Made by a program: the position numbers and the translations under genes. A stretch of 24,203 nt of DNA from a virus (Duplodnaviria; Caudoviricetes): positions 1 through 24,203 of the IMG/VR virus record IMGVR_UViG_3300031519_000220, one strand, 5' to 3'. Below, piece by piece: positions 1 through 9,191 of the stretch (positions are counted from its first letter, which is position 1; the number at the start of each line of letters is the position of its first letter). The notes under the pieces are model-generated. The model was not told the origin of the DNA, searched no databases, and was given only the letters and a program-made list of their open reading frames with translations.

Positions 1-203
1 AAGAAAAAAAGAAAGGCATAGCTGCACGAGAAAGGCTTCGGGAGCTTATCGAGGGTAGTGATAAGGATTTAATACTCATATCGCACGGTGTGGGCAAGTA
101 CGGGCGCGTATTGGGTGAATTAATATTGCATCCAAACCTAGATGTCAATCAAACCTTAATCTTGGAAGGTCATGCAAAAGAATATCATGGAGGAAAAAAA
201 TAA
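1..203 (+). CDS. Thermonuclease (staphylococcal nuclease-like) protein, 5' truncated
   Basis: Frame starting at base 3 reads EKKKGIAARERLRELIEG...GVGKYGRVLGEL...DVNQTLILEGHAKEYHGGKK* (TAA 201-203). The K-Y-G-R-x-L and VN-x-x-L-x-x-EG-x-A motifs are typical of SNase-family proteins. Not in the ORF track because its start lies outside the window. Confidence 0.8.
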   Translation, partial: EKKKGIAARERLRELIEGSDKDLILISHGVGKYGRVLGELILHPNLDVNQTLILEGHAKEYHGGKK

Positions 204-1122
204 AAAAATATGCAAAATATGCGGCGAAACTTTCTCTTCTGATAAAAGCCTTCATATACATATAGCAAGAAAACATAAAATAATTCTTGCTGAATATTAT
301 ACTATATATTATCCTAAGTATGATTTATATAATAAAGAACCTATACCATTTATAGATAAACAACAATATAATAATACTTTTTTTATAAATAGAAATAATT
401 TAATTAAATGGAGCGAGCAAGCTCCATATGAAGAAGTAAAAGAATATTTAATAAACCAATTGAATTACAGAATACAATCTAAAAAATTAGAACGCGCGCC
501 ATGTCACTTAGATATTGAAACTAAGCAAATGCCTCCAATTGATCTTTATAGAAAGTTCTTTAAAGGTTACACAAATGCATGTAAAAAATTAGAAATAGAA
601 CCATTATTTTCAAGAAAAATAATGAAAAACTTTTTTAATCCTAATAATTCTCTCGAAGAAATAAAAATCTTAATCGATTCGCGTGAACAATTGCCGCTGT
701 CTTTTAAGAATTCTGCTAAAATGAAGTTAGACTTTGGGGACTATACAGCCGCAGGTAAAGATTATGATTATACATATATAGATAGAAAAACAGAAGGAGA
801 CTTCAAGGGGACAATGACTAAAGGCTTCGAAAGATTTAAAAGGGAAATATCAAGAGCAAAAGAATTTAACTCTTATATATTTGTTTTAGTGGAAAACACT
901 GTTGACCAAATCAACTCTAATAACGAATCATCTTTAAGCAAAACCAAAATGCCTTTTGTTTGGAATAGAATGAGATCCCTTATGCATAAGTATCCAGGAG
1001 TATGTCAATTTATATTTACTGGAAGTAGGGAAAGCTCAATGGATCTAGTGCCTAGAATTTTAAATTATGGTAAAAAACTTTGGGATGTGGATGTGCAATA
1101 TTTTATAGATAAAAAACTATGA
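187..1122 (+). CDS. C2H2 zinc finger + ERCC4 (XPF/Mus81-type) nuclease domain protein
   Basis: N-terminal CKICGETFSSDKSLHIHIARKH (C2H2). C-terminal ILIDSREQ...LDFGDY...IDRKTEGDF...RFKREI matches the ERCC4 signature D-x-RE, GDY, (E/D)RK-x-x-x-D. Start is ATG 187 or 172. The stop overlaps the terminase start (ATGA 1119-1122). Confidence 0.8.
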   Translation: MEEKNKKICKICGETFSSDKSLHIHIARKHKIILAEYYTIYYPKYDLYNKEPIPFIDKQQYNNTFFINRNNLIKWSEQAPYEEVKEYLINQLNYRIQSKKLERAPCHLDIETKQMPPIDLYRKFFKGYTNACKKLEIEPLFSRKIMKNFFNPNNSLEEIKILIDSREQLPLSFKNSAKMKLDFGDYTAAGKDYDYTYIDRKTEGDFKGTMTKGFERFKREISRAKEFNSYIFVLVENTVDQINSNNESSLSKTKMPFVWNRMRSLMHKYPGVCQFIFTGSRESSMDLVPRILNYGKKLWDVDVQYFIDKKL

Positions 1123-2987
1123 CCTGGGAAGTTGGAAAAGAAGGGTTATATGTACCCAAGAAGGGCGACTTCAATCAAAACTTGTTAGATATAGAAGGTT
1201 TTCTAGAAGAAGAAGATGCCAAGATGGAGTTGATTAAATTTTTAAAAGAAAACATAGGTTTCGCAACAAACTTAATAGCTGGAGTAGAGCTTTTTCCTTT
1301 TCAAAATATAGCTATTAAATCTATGCTAGAGGCTGATTACTTTTTGGGTATATGGAGTCGGGGGATGTCGAAATCTTTTAGTGCTGCTATTTATGCTTTT
1401 TTAGATGCAATATTCAATCAAGGTATACAGATAGGAATACTCGCAGCAACATTTAGGCAATCAAAAATGATTTTTGAAAAAATAGAAGATATTGCAAATA
1501 AGCCTGGAGCCAAAATACTAAACGGGTGTATTACAAAAAAATCAAAAAAGAATGATCAGTATACTCTTGAAATAGGAGATTCGAAAATCATCGCCTTACC
1601 GTTAGGAGATGGATCAAAACTTAGAGGATTTAGGTTTCACAGAATAATAATAGACGAAATGCTTCTTATGCCTGAGCATATATACAACGAAGTTATCCTT
1701 CCGTTTCTTAGTGTTGTTCAAAATCCCACCGAAAGACAAAAGGTGGAAAAGTTAGAAGACAAGCTTATAAAGCAAGGTAAGATGACAGAAAAAGAAAGGA
1801 CTAGATGGCAAAGTAATAAATTAATAGCCTTGAGTTCTGCAAGTTACAAATTTGAATATTTATATAAGTTATATGCAAGTTTCGAAGACCGAATAGTAAA
1901 TGGATCAAAAAACGACACGGCTAAAAGGGTGATCATGCACCTAGGTTATGATGTCGCTCCCCCTGCATTATATGACAAAAATCTAATAGAACAATCAAAG
2001 TCAACCATGAGTCAATCTCAATTTGACAGGGAATTTAATGCAATATTCACGGAAGATAGTTCTGGTTTTTTTAAAACATCAAGAATGGCTGCTTGCACAC
2101 TCGAGCCTGGAACCGATCCTTCCGTAGAGGTAGCGGGAGACAGGGATTCTAAATATTTAGTTGCATTTGACCCAAGTTGGTCAGAAAGCGAAAGTTCAGA
2201 TGATTTTGCAATGCACGTATTTAAGCTAAATGATCAAACAAAGAGCGGCACACTAGTGCATAGTTATGCAATGCCAGGGCTTAGAATGAATGACCACATA
2301 AAATATTTTCACTACATCCTGACCTATTTTAATGTAGTCTCAATAGTGGGAGACTATGGAGGGGGAGTTCAATTTCTTCAAGGAGCCAATGCAAGTGAAA
2401 TATTTGCAAAAGCAAAAATAGAAATAAAAGAGATACTCACCAATTTGGATGATGTAGAAAACTATCAAAATTCAATAATAGAGGCAAAAAAAGAATACGA
2501 CCTTAACTCAAAAAGAATTTGCATTTTAAGAAAACCAACCTCAGAATGGATTCGCAGAGCTAACGAATTACTTCAAGCTAATTTTGACCATAAAAAAATA
2601 TGGTTCGGGTCTCGAGCGATAAATGAATCTTTTAACAAGCAGGTCAAAAAGGTAATACCTATTAAAAATTTAAAATTTATACCAAGCTACGATTCTATAT
2701 CCTCAGGAGGGCCAGAATCAAAAATGATTGACTTCGTGGAGCACCAATTTGACATGATTAACTATACAAAGAATGAATGTGCATTGATACAGATCAAAAG
2801 TACTCCGCAGGGACATGTATCCTTCGACCTTCCTCAACAATTAAAAAGGCAGACAGGCCCCGCTAGGACAAGAAAAGATTCGTATTCCGCACTAATCTTA
2901 GGAAACTGGATGATAAAAACATACTACGATATAATGGATGCCAGTAATAAGCCAGTAAACTCCTCGTTTACTCCAATGTTCGTTTAA
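1119..2987 (+). CDS. terL: Terminase large subunit
   Basis: Q-motif LFPFQ, Walker A variant SRGMSKS, LRGFR followed by Walker B IIIDE, coupling motif LSSA, FDREFNA, RNase H-fold AFDPS...SDD and C-terminal KDSYSA. Located upstream of the portal. Confidence 0.93.
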   Translation: MTWEVGKEGLYVPKKGDFNQNLLDIEGFLEEEDAKMELIKFLKENIGFATNLIAGVELFPFQNIAIKSMLEADYFLGIWSRGMSKSFSAAIYAFLDAIFNQGIQIGILAATFRQSKMIFEKIEDIANKPGAKILNGCITKKSKKNDQYTLEIGDSKIIALPLGDGSKLRGFRFHRIIIDEMLLMPEHIYNEVILPFLSVVQNPTERQKVEKLEDKLIKQGKMTEKERTRWQSNKLIALSSASYKFEYLYKLYASFEDRIVNGSKNDTAKRVIMHLGYDVAPPALYDKNLIEQSKSTMSQSQFDREFNAIFTEDSSGFFKTSRMAACTLEPGTDPSVEVAGDRDSKYLVAFDPSWSESESSDDFAMHVFKLNDQTKSGTLVHSYAMPGLRMNDHIKYFHYILTYFNVVSIVGDYGGGVQFLQGANASEIFAKAKIEIKEILTNLDDVENYQNSIIEAKKEYDLNSKRICILRKPTSEWIRRANELLQANFDHKKIWFGSRAINESFNKQVKKVIPIKNLKFIPSYDSISSGGPESKMIDFVEHQFDMINYTKNECALIQIKSTPQGHVSFDLPQQLKRQTGPARTRKDSYSALILGNWMIKTYYDIMDASNKPVNSSFTPMFV

Positions 2988-3292
2988 GTTTTTATTCCGT
3001 TAACAGTCTTAGGCCTAAAGCCTCCATCATAGTTGTCGCCTATAGTGGTTATCTCAGAGCTCATTCCAAAATTGTCAAGCTTCCTATATAACTCTCTGCC
3101 TGTATGATTTTTATAATATCTTTCCTGATCATCCCCATTGGCAAGAAGTTCTGTTTTTATTTCGCTCTTAAATCCAGCTAGTTTAGAGTTCATTTCTGTA
3201 GGTGTAGCTACAGAGTGAATTTTTTTATTTATACTTTGAAGGCTCAATTTTTCTTGAAAGTTAGGTTTAGGTGTGCTATAATATATACACAC
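2984..3292 (-). CDS. Hypothetical protein (start uncertain; may be TTG or ATG 3193)
   Basis: Open frame filling the gap after terL. Its TAA overlaps the terL TAA in the palindrome TTAA (2984-2987), and a GTGTA motif lies on the minus strand at 3290-3286. Confidence 0.55.
   Translation of the reverse strand: MCIYYSTPKPNFQEKLSLQSINKKIHSVATPTEMNSKLAGFKSEIKTELLANGDDQERYYKNHTGRELYRKLDNFGMSSEITTIGDNYDGGFRPKTVNGIKT
3254..3282 (+). promoter_or_regulatory. sigma70-type promoter with extended -10
   Basis: TTGAAA (3254-3259), 17 bp spacer, TG at 3274-3275, TATAAT (3277-3282); 21 nt upstream of ATG 3304. Confidence 0.7.
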
Positions 3293-3303
3293 ATAATAAC
3301 TAA

Positions 3304-3573
3304 ATGAAAAATAAATTCAATAAAGCAAGACAAGAAGCCACTAATGCAGTCACCGAACAAGACGAAGAAATAAAAAAAACTCCAGAAGGGGATTATCCTG
3401 AAAAATTCAATAGTTTCATAGACTTTGCGAGAGAACAGGGAATTGAGGATGCGGCAATATTTGATGCAATCAATAAGGCAATAGTTGCAGAAGATAACCC
3501 AGAGCAAAAAGCAAAAAATAGAAAAAGTACCAAGGGGGCTTTTGGGGGGAAAAAACAAAAGTCCCAAAAGTAA
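3304..3573 (+). CDS. Hypothetical protein, acidic core with basic C-terminal tail
   Basis: 89 aa ORF with ATG, preceded by a consensus-like promoter; fills the gap before the portal gene. Confidence 0.65.
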   Translation: MKNKFNKARQEATNAVTEQDEEIKKTPEGDYPEKFNSFIDFAREQGIEDAAIFDAINKAIVAEDNPEQKAKNRKSTKGAFGGKKQKSQK

Positions 3574-3597
3574 CTTTAGACTTTTGTTTAGACTTTT
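3556..3597. repeat. Nested inverted and direct repeats upstream of portal
   Basis: CAAAAGTC (3556-3563) / GACTTTTG (3579-3586) inverted pair; TTTAGACTTTT directly repeated at 3575-3585 and 3587-3597. Confidence 0.5.
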
Positions 3598-3607
3598 ATT
3601 TTATTTG

Positions 3608-3621
3608 GTGTACTATATTGT
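3608..3621 (+). promoter_or_regulatory. GTGTA motif, putative late promoter (portal)
   Basis: GTGTACTATATTGT directly followed by ATG 3622, with no Shine-Dalgarno; the motif recurs before other structural genes. Confidence 0.55.
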
Positions 3622-5655
3622 ATGTCTAGAAAATATAATAAAAAATCTAAATATTGGGACCAGTTTAATTCGGCATCAAGTGAATCAGTACAGTCTTTAA
3701 ATAATTTAATAAATTCCGAGCAGGGATCTGAGCCTATATCGGAAGGTGAATCTTTTTACGAATCAATAGCTTCTTGTGCGACAAGGTCAGAATATTCTGG
3801 ATCAATAGATGGAGGCAATACCCACCAAAGGTCAAACTCTATCACCAAAACGAAGAAGAACGATAAATATAATAATATTGCCGAAGGCGGACTACCCTAC
3901 GATTATAAAACAAGTTATGTAAGCCCAAGAGAATCAATATTTCTTTGCCAAAAAGCGTATGCGAATATAGCGATATTCAGAAATGCTATCGATGTTATGG
4001 CGGAGTTTTCAAATTCAGAAATTCACATAAAAGGAGGTAACGAAAAAGTTAGAAAGTTCATTGAAAGATGGCTAGAAAAAGTTCAAATGTGGAAAATAAA
4101 AGACCAGTATTTTAGAGAATACTATAGGTCTGGGAATGTATTCATATATAGACTTGACGGAAAATTCACAAGCGAAGATCTTATAAAATTAAATCAGATA
4201 TATGGAGGCGAATCAAAGGCTGCAATACTTGGAAAAATACCTGTATCGTATACATTTTTAAATCCATATGATTTTGTAGCTAGTAGAGCTTTGTCTTATA
4301 AGGATCATTCGGGAGGCAAGAAAAACCAATCGGTATATAAAAAACTATTAAGCGAATACGACTTGGAAAAACTAAAAAACCCAAAAACTCCATACGATAA
4401 AGAAATCTTTAGGGCTTTAGATCCAGAAACAAGAAAAAAAATAAAAGAAGGATCGTATAATAGAGACGGAGTCCAAGTAAGTATAGATCCTAAGAAATTA
4501 ATATATTCTTTTTATAAAAAACAAGATTATGAACCTTTTGCCGTTCCTTTTGGATTTCCAGTGCTAGATGATTTAAATTGGAAATTAGAATTAAAAAAAG
4601 TTGACCAAGCTATTACTCGAACTATTGAGAATGTAATACTTCTTATAACTATGGGGGCAGAACCCGACAAAGGAGGTATTAATCAAAATAATCTTGCAGC
4701 CATGCAGAATTTATTTAGAAATCAAAGTATAGGGCGAGCCCTAATCGCTGACTGGACAACAAAAGCAGAGTTTGTAATTCCAGATATGAATAAGGTATTA
4801 GGGTCCGAAAAATACAAAATAGTAAACGAAGATATAAAAGAAGGTTTACAAAACATAATAGTAGGAAAAGAAAACTACTCAAGCACACAGGTTAAAGCTC
4901 AAATATTTTTAGAAAGATTAAAAGAGGCACGGAACGCATTCTTAAATGACTTCCTCAAACCTCAAATAAAAGAAGTTTGCAGGAAGATGGGGTTCAGGGT
5001 GTTTCCAAATGTAGAGTTCATAGAGATAGATATTAAGGATGAAGTCCAGCTTCAAAGAATTGCAACCAGGCTCATAGAACTTGGAGTTATCACTCCAGAG
5101 CAAGGAATGACCGCAATAAAGAAGGGGATATATCCAGACAAGGAAGAGCTCGATGATGCTCAGGATAAATTTGTTAGTCAAAGAAAAAGAGGGCATTATG
5201 TACCAGTTGTTAGTAGTCAAAATTTATTCGTACCAGAAGAAGAAGAAGAAGAGGGGGGAGGGCAAGTCAAAAAGAAAGCTCCGCCCCAGCAAGCTGGAAG
5301 GCCAGCAGGAGATTCACCAAAAGGAGGTGCTGTATTTGCATCAGAGGAAGTTAGTGCAAAAAAAGTTCAACAAACAATGTACGATATACAGAGTTTAACC
5401 ACAGACATAGAATCAAAGCTTAGAAAGAAATACTCCAAGCAAAGATTAAACAAGCAACAGAAAGAAATGGCTCAAACTTTATGCGAGCAAGTTGTTATAT
5501 CAACAAATAAAGATATGTGGGAAAAATCAGCAGATAAATGCATTAAAGACCATATACAGATTGAAAAACTAAAACCATTAAAAGAGATATTAAACATCTC
5601 TGAATCAAAAAATTTATTAGAATATCCTTCTGCAATATTATATCACAGTCAATAA
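3622..5655 (+). CDS. Portal protein
   Basis: 677 aa, between terL and the protease. Portal-like segments AYANIAIFRNAIDVMAEF, YYRSGNVFIY, FAVPFGFPVLDDL; acidic/low-complexity linker and GRP motif near the C-terminus. Confidence 0.85.
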   Translation: MSRKYNKKSKYWDQFNSASSESVQSLNNLINSEQGSEPISEGESFYESIASCATRSEYSGSIDGGNTHQRSNSITKTKKNDKYNNIAEGGLPYDYKTSYVSPRESIFLCQKAYANIAIFRNAIDVMAEFSNSEIHIKGGNEKVRKFIERWLEKVQMWKIKDQYFREYYRSGNVFIYRLDGKFTSEDLIKLNQIYGGESKAAILGKIPVSYTFLNPYDFVASRALSYKDHSGGKKNQSVYKKLLSEYDLEKLKNPKTPYDKEIFRALDPETRKKIKEGSYNRDGVQVSIDPKKLIYSFYKKQDYEPFAVPFGFPVLDDLNWKLELKKVDQAITRTIENVILLITMGAEPDKGGINQNNLAAMQNLFRNQSIGRALIADWTTKAEFVIPDMNKVLGSEKYKIVNEDIKEGLQNIIVGKENYSSTQVKAQIFLERLKEARNAFLNDFLKPQIKEVCRKMGFRVFPNVEFIEIDIKDEVQLQRIATRLIELGVITPEQGMTAIKKGIYPDKEELDDAQDKFVSQRKRGHYVPVVSSQNLFVPEEEEEEGGGQVKKKAPPQQAGRPAGDSPKGGAVFASEEVSAKKVQQTMYDIQSLTTDIESKLRKKYSKQRLNKQQKEMAQTLCEQVVISTNKDMWEKSADKCIKDHIQIEKLKPLKEILNISESKNLLEYPSAILYHSQ

Positions 5656-5661
5656 TATTTT

Positions 5662-5676
5662 GTGTATATATTTAAT
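5662..5676 (+). promoter_or_regulatory. GTGTA motif, putative late promoter (protease)
   Basis: GTGTATATATTTAAT directly followed by ATG 5677. Confidence 0.55.
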
Positions 5677-7248
5677 ATGTCAAAAAAATATAAGTATATA
5701 ACTTCTTTTTCTAGTGAAATTAATCCTATAGAAGTTCATCAGTTAAAAGAGTCTATAGCAAATGATTCTTTAGACTCTTTAAAAAGTTTAATCCCTGAAG
5801 ATATAGATTTTGAAAAAAATATTGATCTTATTGGGGTAGCATTTAATGCCGCAGTAATAAATAAGTTTAATAAAAACGGAGATGGAATAAATTCTGTTAC
5901 AGCATCAAGAATAAAAGATTATTTCATAAATAAACCTACAAATATAGAACATCAAAAATCAAAAATTGTTGGACATGTTGTTTCTGCAGGATTTTCCGCA
6001 TATGAAACAAATGAAATTATGTCAGAAGAATTTGCGGAAAAAGAAGGGCATCCATTTAACCTTTCGCTATCTGCAGTTATTTACAAAACTATAAATACAG
6101 ATTTCGTTAATTTAGTCGAGCGTTCATTCGAAGAAGAAGATGAAATGTACAAAAAGATTTCTGCAAGCTGGGAAATCGGATTTAATAAATATCATCTCGC
6201 GCTAGGCAGTTCAAATTTAAATGAAGCAGAAATTATTTCTGACGAAAATCAAATTTCAGAAATGAGATCATTTTTAAAGCAAAATGGTGGCAGCGGAAAA
6301 ACTGAAGATGGAGTAGATGTCTTTAGGCTTATAGTAGGAGAAGTGTATCCCCTCGGAATAGGCTTCACGACTAATCCAGCTGCCGATGTAAAAGGAATGA
6401 CACCCTTAAAAAAAACAAAGGTTTCGTTAAAAATTAAAGACTCAAGAGATGCAGGAGAAAATAATTTAGAAAAAAAATCAGAAAAAAGTTCCCATTTATC
6501 CGAAAAAGATGTATTTCTAAGCAAGAAACCCAATGACTTACAAACTATGAATCAATCAGAAATCCTAGAAAAGTTACAAGAGATCCTCGCTAAGAGTTCC
6601 GACTCCGACGTTACTGAAAAGGTAGTTGCTAATGTAAATAAACTTTTACACGAAACAATCCTTGAGAAGAACGAAATTTGGAAAAAAGAAAAAGACTCTC
6701 TTGAAAATGAAAAAGCTCAAATCACTGAAGACGCACAAGCAGCAAAAGACGAACTTGAAAAAGTAAAGGCTGACCTTAGCGACACTCATGAGAAGCTTAA
6801 TACAATTAAAACAGAATTTGAGGCAAAGATTGCTTCTGAGAAATTTAATCAAAGAATGGAAGAGATTGACTCCGCGTTTGATCTGGAAGATGAAGATCGT
6901 AAGATTATCGCTTCTGAATTAAAGGGTTTAGGAAACGAAAACTCTCAATTCTCTGAATATCTTGAAAAGCTTAATGCTTCCTGGAAGTACAAAACAAAAG
7001 CCTTCAAGGAAGAGCAAGAAAAATTATTCGAAGAAAAGGTTCAAGCAGAAATCGAAACCCGCTTGACCGAAATGTCCACCAAGGCAAATGAAGAAGGAGC
7101 TGAAGAAGTCGCTGAAGCTGCTATTGAAAATGCAGAAAAGGACCAAGAATTACCTAATAATAATGCTGAAGCATGTGAAGAAGAACTCTCAATGAGAGAA
7201 AAATTTACGAAAGCATTCAATAAGGAAGATATTTCAATCCAATATTAA
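5677..7248 (+). CDS. Prohead maturation protease fused to coiled-coil scaffold
   Basis: N-terminal NKNGD...KPTNIEH...IVGHV...SASWEIG...GIGFTTNPA resembles HK97/assemblin-type proteases (His and Ser candidates). The C-terminal ~230 aa is an E/K-rich coiled coil. ATG 5677 (MSKKY) is preferred over GTG 5662, which is part of the motif. Confidence 0.8.
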   Translation: MSKKYKYITSFSSEINPIEVHQLKESIANDSLDSLKSLIPEDIDFEKNIDLIGVAFNAAVINKFNKNGDGINSVTASRIKDYFINKPTNIEHQKSKIVGHVVSAGFSAYETNEIMSEEFAEKEGHPFNLSLSAVIYKTINTDFVNLVERSFEEEDEMYKKISASWEIGFNKYHLALGSSNLNEAEIISDENQISEMRSFLKQNGGSGKTEDGVDVFRLIVGEVYPLGIGFTTNPAADVKGMTPLKKTKVSLKIKDSRDAGENNLEKKSEKSSHLSEKDVFLSKKPNDLQTMNQSEILEKLQEILAKSSDSDVTEKVVANVNKLLHETILEKNEIWKKEKDSLENEKAQITEDAQAAKDELEKVKADLSDTHEKLNTIKTEFEAKIASEKFNQRMEEIDSAFDLEDEDRKIIASELKGLGNENSQFSEYLEKLNASWKYKTKAFKEEQEKLFEEKVQAEIETRLTEMSTKANEEGAEEVAEAAIENAEKDQELPNNNAEACEEELSMREKFTKAFNKEDISIQY

Positions 7249-7271
7249 TTTAACAAAAAAAGGAAACTAAA

Positions 7272-7934
7272 ATGGCTATTAGATTACTACCGTTCAGACA
7301 GTACAACGAGCAAGATGTTGTTAACCTGTTCTCTCTCGATGCAGAGGGAGGCATGGAAAGCAAAACCCCAACAGACAGTGGCACACATGATGCTGGAGTC
7401 CTAGTTGGTGTAACAAATGGAGATCTTGCAGAAGGTCCTACCAACTATACCGATGCTTCTTACATGGGTAAAGTAAATTACCCTCACGTAGGAAAGAATC
7501 AATATCCAGTTGTTCCTTTAAAGATAGCTCCTGCTACAGGAAACGCGAGTGCTCTTGGGGTTACTCTTAAGCAAACACTTACTCACGACGAGAATGGCGA
7601 GAAGCTCATTTACTATCCGCAAAAAGCTCTTGAGCTCAATGCAGTACGTAGTGGCGACGCAGTTCCTGTCCTTTCACGAGGAGTTATTACTCTTGATGAT
7701 AGTGCATTTGAGACATTCCCTGAAGTAGGACAATATCTTGATGCAAGCACTAGTGCTCCAGGCAAATTCAATGCTATCGGAGGAACTGTTAGTACATCCG
7801 ATAACCTTGGTATCGCTCACTGTCTCGCAACAGGCGAACGAGCTGCTGACTATGGTACGGATTATTTCGCTGACAGTACAAGTGATAGTATCACTGAAAC
7901 TGGTAAATACGCAATCATTAAGCTTAAACTTTAA
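7272..7934 (+). CDS. Probable head decoration / capsid cement protein
   Basis: 220 aa, Gly/Ala/Thr-rich, between scaffold and MCP; ALGVTL and VPVLSRGVITL segments typical of beta-tulip cement proteins; AAGGA SD upstream. Confidence 0.6.
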   Translation: MAIRLLPFRQYNEQDVVNLFSLDAEGGMESKTPTDSGTHDAGVLVGVTNGDLAEGPTNYTDASYMGKVNYPHVGKNQYPVVPLKIAPATGNASALGVTLKQTLTHDENGEKLIYYPQKALELNAVRSGDAVPVLSRGVITLDDSAFETFPEVGQYLDASTSAPGKFNAIGGTVSTSDNLGIAHCLATGERAADYGTDYFADSTSDSITETGKYAIIKLKL

Positions 7935-7954
7935 AAAGAAGGGCCACAAAAAAC

Positions 7955-9076
7955 ATGAAAATTACACTTAAAAGAACAGACGAACAAATCGAACTGGTTA
8001 AGGCAATGGCTTCCAAGAACAGGGAAGTTGCATATGAAGCTCAAATGGCATTAGCTGAATTTATCGGCCCTGTCTTAGCAGAGGTCATTAATCAAGCTCC
8101 CACATTGAGCAATATGTTTTCGAAATTTTCGTTCAACGAAAATGAATCGCCAAGCATTCCGCTTGATTTGTACTACGACATTACTGCTCCTGATTATGTG
8201 AAGGTCTATAGTGCCTCTCAACCAGGCGGTATGCCCACCAATACTGTAACTCCTACAGCAAGCGAAATGAAATTCTCGACCTATCGTCTTGATAGTGCCA
8301 TTGATTTCGAAAAGCGCTACGCTGCTCAGTCACGTATGGATGTTGTTAGCAAATCTTTCACAAGGATTGCTCAGGAAATCATGCTCAAGCAGGAAGATAC
8401 TTCTGCCAGCTTGATTCTCGGAAGTCTCATTGGTGCAGCTACAAACGGAAAGAAGCATGTTAATAAAGCTGCTGGAACAACAATCATTCTTGACGATTTT
8501 AATAAGCTCTTGACTCTCGCAAAGAGGATCAACACAGCTTGGACAGGCGGAACACCTGAGAGTCGAATCAAGGGGATTACTGATCTTATCGTTTCTCCTG
8601 AAATTGTACAGGGTCTTCGTGAAATGGCTTATAATCCAGTTAATACAAAAGACTCTGGTGGTGGAGCTGCCGCAGCTGGCAATCCTCCAATTGCCGCTAC
8701 CGACGAGATGCGCAATGCAATCTATTCAAATGCTGGTATTCCTGAGTTCTACGGGGTTTCCATCATGGAAATCAATGAGCTTGGGCCTAATCAGAAGTTC
8801 ACTAAGGTGTATGAAGCACTTGGTGGTGATTTTGGTAGCGGTTCTGGTACATTTTCAGCCGCAGCTGATGATATCGTTATTGGTATCGATAAGTCTCGCG
8901 AGTCCTTGTTCCGTGCAGTTGCTACCGATAGTGAAACTGGAGGAGAGTTTGCTCTTGTAGCCGATGATCAATACAGTGTTCGTCAGCAAAAGATTGGATA
9001 CTTTGGATCTCTCGAAGAAGGACGTATGATCCTTGACGACAGGGTCCTCTCTGGATTAGCTATCAGCGCTACCTAA
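7955..9076 (+). CDS. Major capsid protein (HK97 fold)
   Basis: 373 aa, at the canonical position and followed by a strong terminator; long-helix RIAQEIMLKQED, DLIVSPE and FYGVSIMEI segments typical of MCPs. Confidence 0.88.
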   Translation: MKITLKRTDEQIELVKAMASKNREVAYEAQMALAEFIGPVLAEVINQAPTLSNMFSKFSFNENESPSIPLDLYYDITAPDYVKVYSASQPGGMPTNTVTPTASEMKFSTYRLDSAIDFEKRYAAQSRMDVVSKSFTRIAQEIMLKQEDTSASLILGSLIGAATNGKKHVNKAAGTTIILDDFNKLLTLAKRINTAWTGGTPESRIKGITDLIVSPEIVQGLREMAYNPVNTKDSGGGAAAAGNPPIAATDEMRNAIYSNAGIPEFYGVSIMEINELGPNQKFTKVYEALGGDFGSGSGTFSAAADDIVIGIDKSRESLFRAVATDSETGGEFALVADDQYSVRQQKIGYFGSLEEGRMILDDRVLSGLAISAT

Positions 9077-9099
9077 GCTAAGATTAATCAACTTTTCTC

Positions 9100-9127
9100 A
9101 AAAAATCCACCTACGGGTGGATTTTTT
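9100..9127 (+). terminator. Rho-independent terminator (potentially bidirectional)
   Basis: AAAAAATCCACC-TACG-GGTGGATTTTTT perfect hairpin with a cUACGg tetraloop and U tract, downstream of MCP. Confidence 0.9.
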
Positions 9128-9160
9128 GTGTATATGGATTATAATTATGTGTAGGAATAA
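9128..9160 (+). promoter_or_regulatory. Two GTGTA motifs immediately after the terminator
   Basis: GTGTATATGG at 9128 and GTGTAGGAATAA at 9149, upstream of ATG 9192. Confidence 0.4.
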
Positions 9161-9191
9161 TTCTATTAATATTTAATAAAGGAAAAAGGTT

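Noticed and set aside
5662-5676. GTG start at 5662 for the protease gene
   Set aside because: It coincides with the recurring GTGTA motif; ATG 5677 matches the 14-15 nt spacing seen for the portal and the 12350 gene.
3760-5763. ESIAS (portal, 3760) and ESIAN (protease, 5749), plus VFASE/KIASE, as prohead protease cleavage sites
   Set aside because: Too short and too few to separate from chance without homolog alignments or proteomics.
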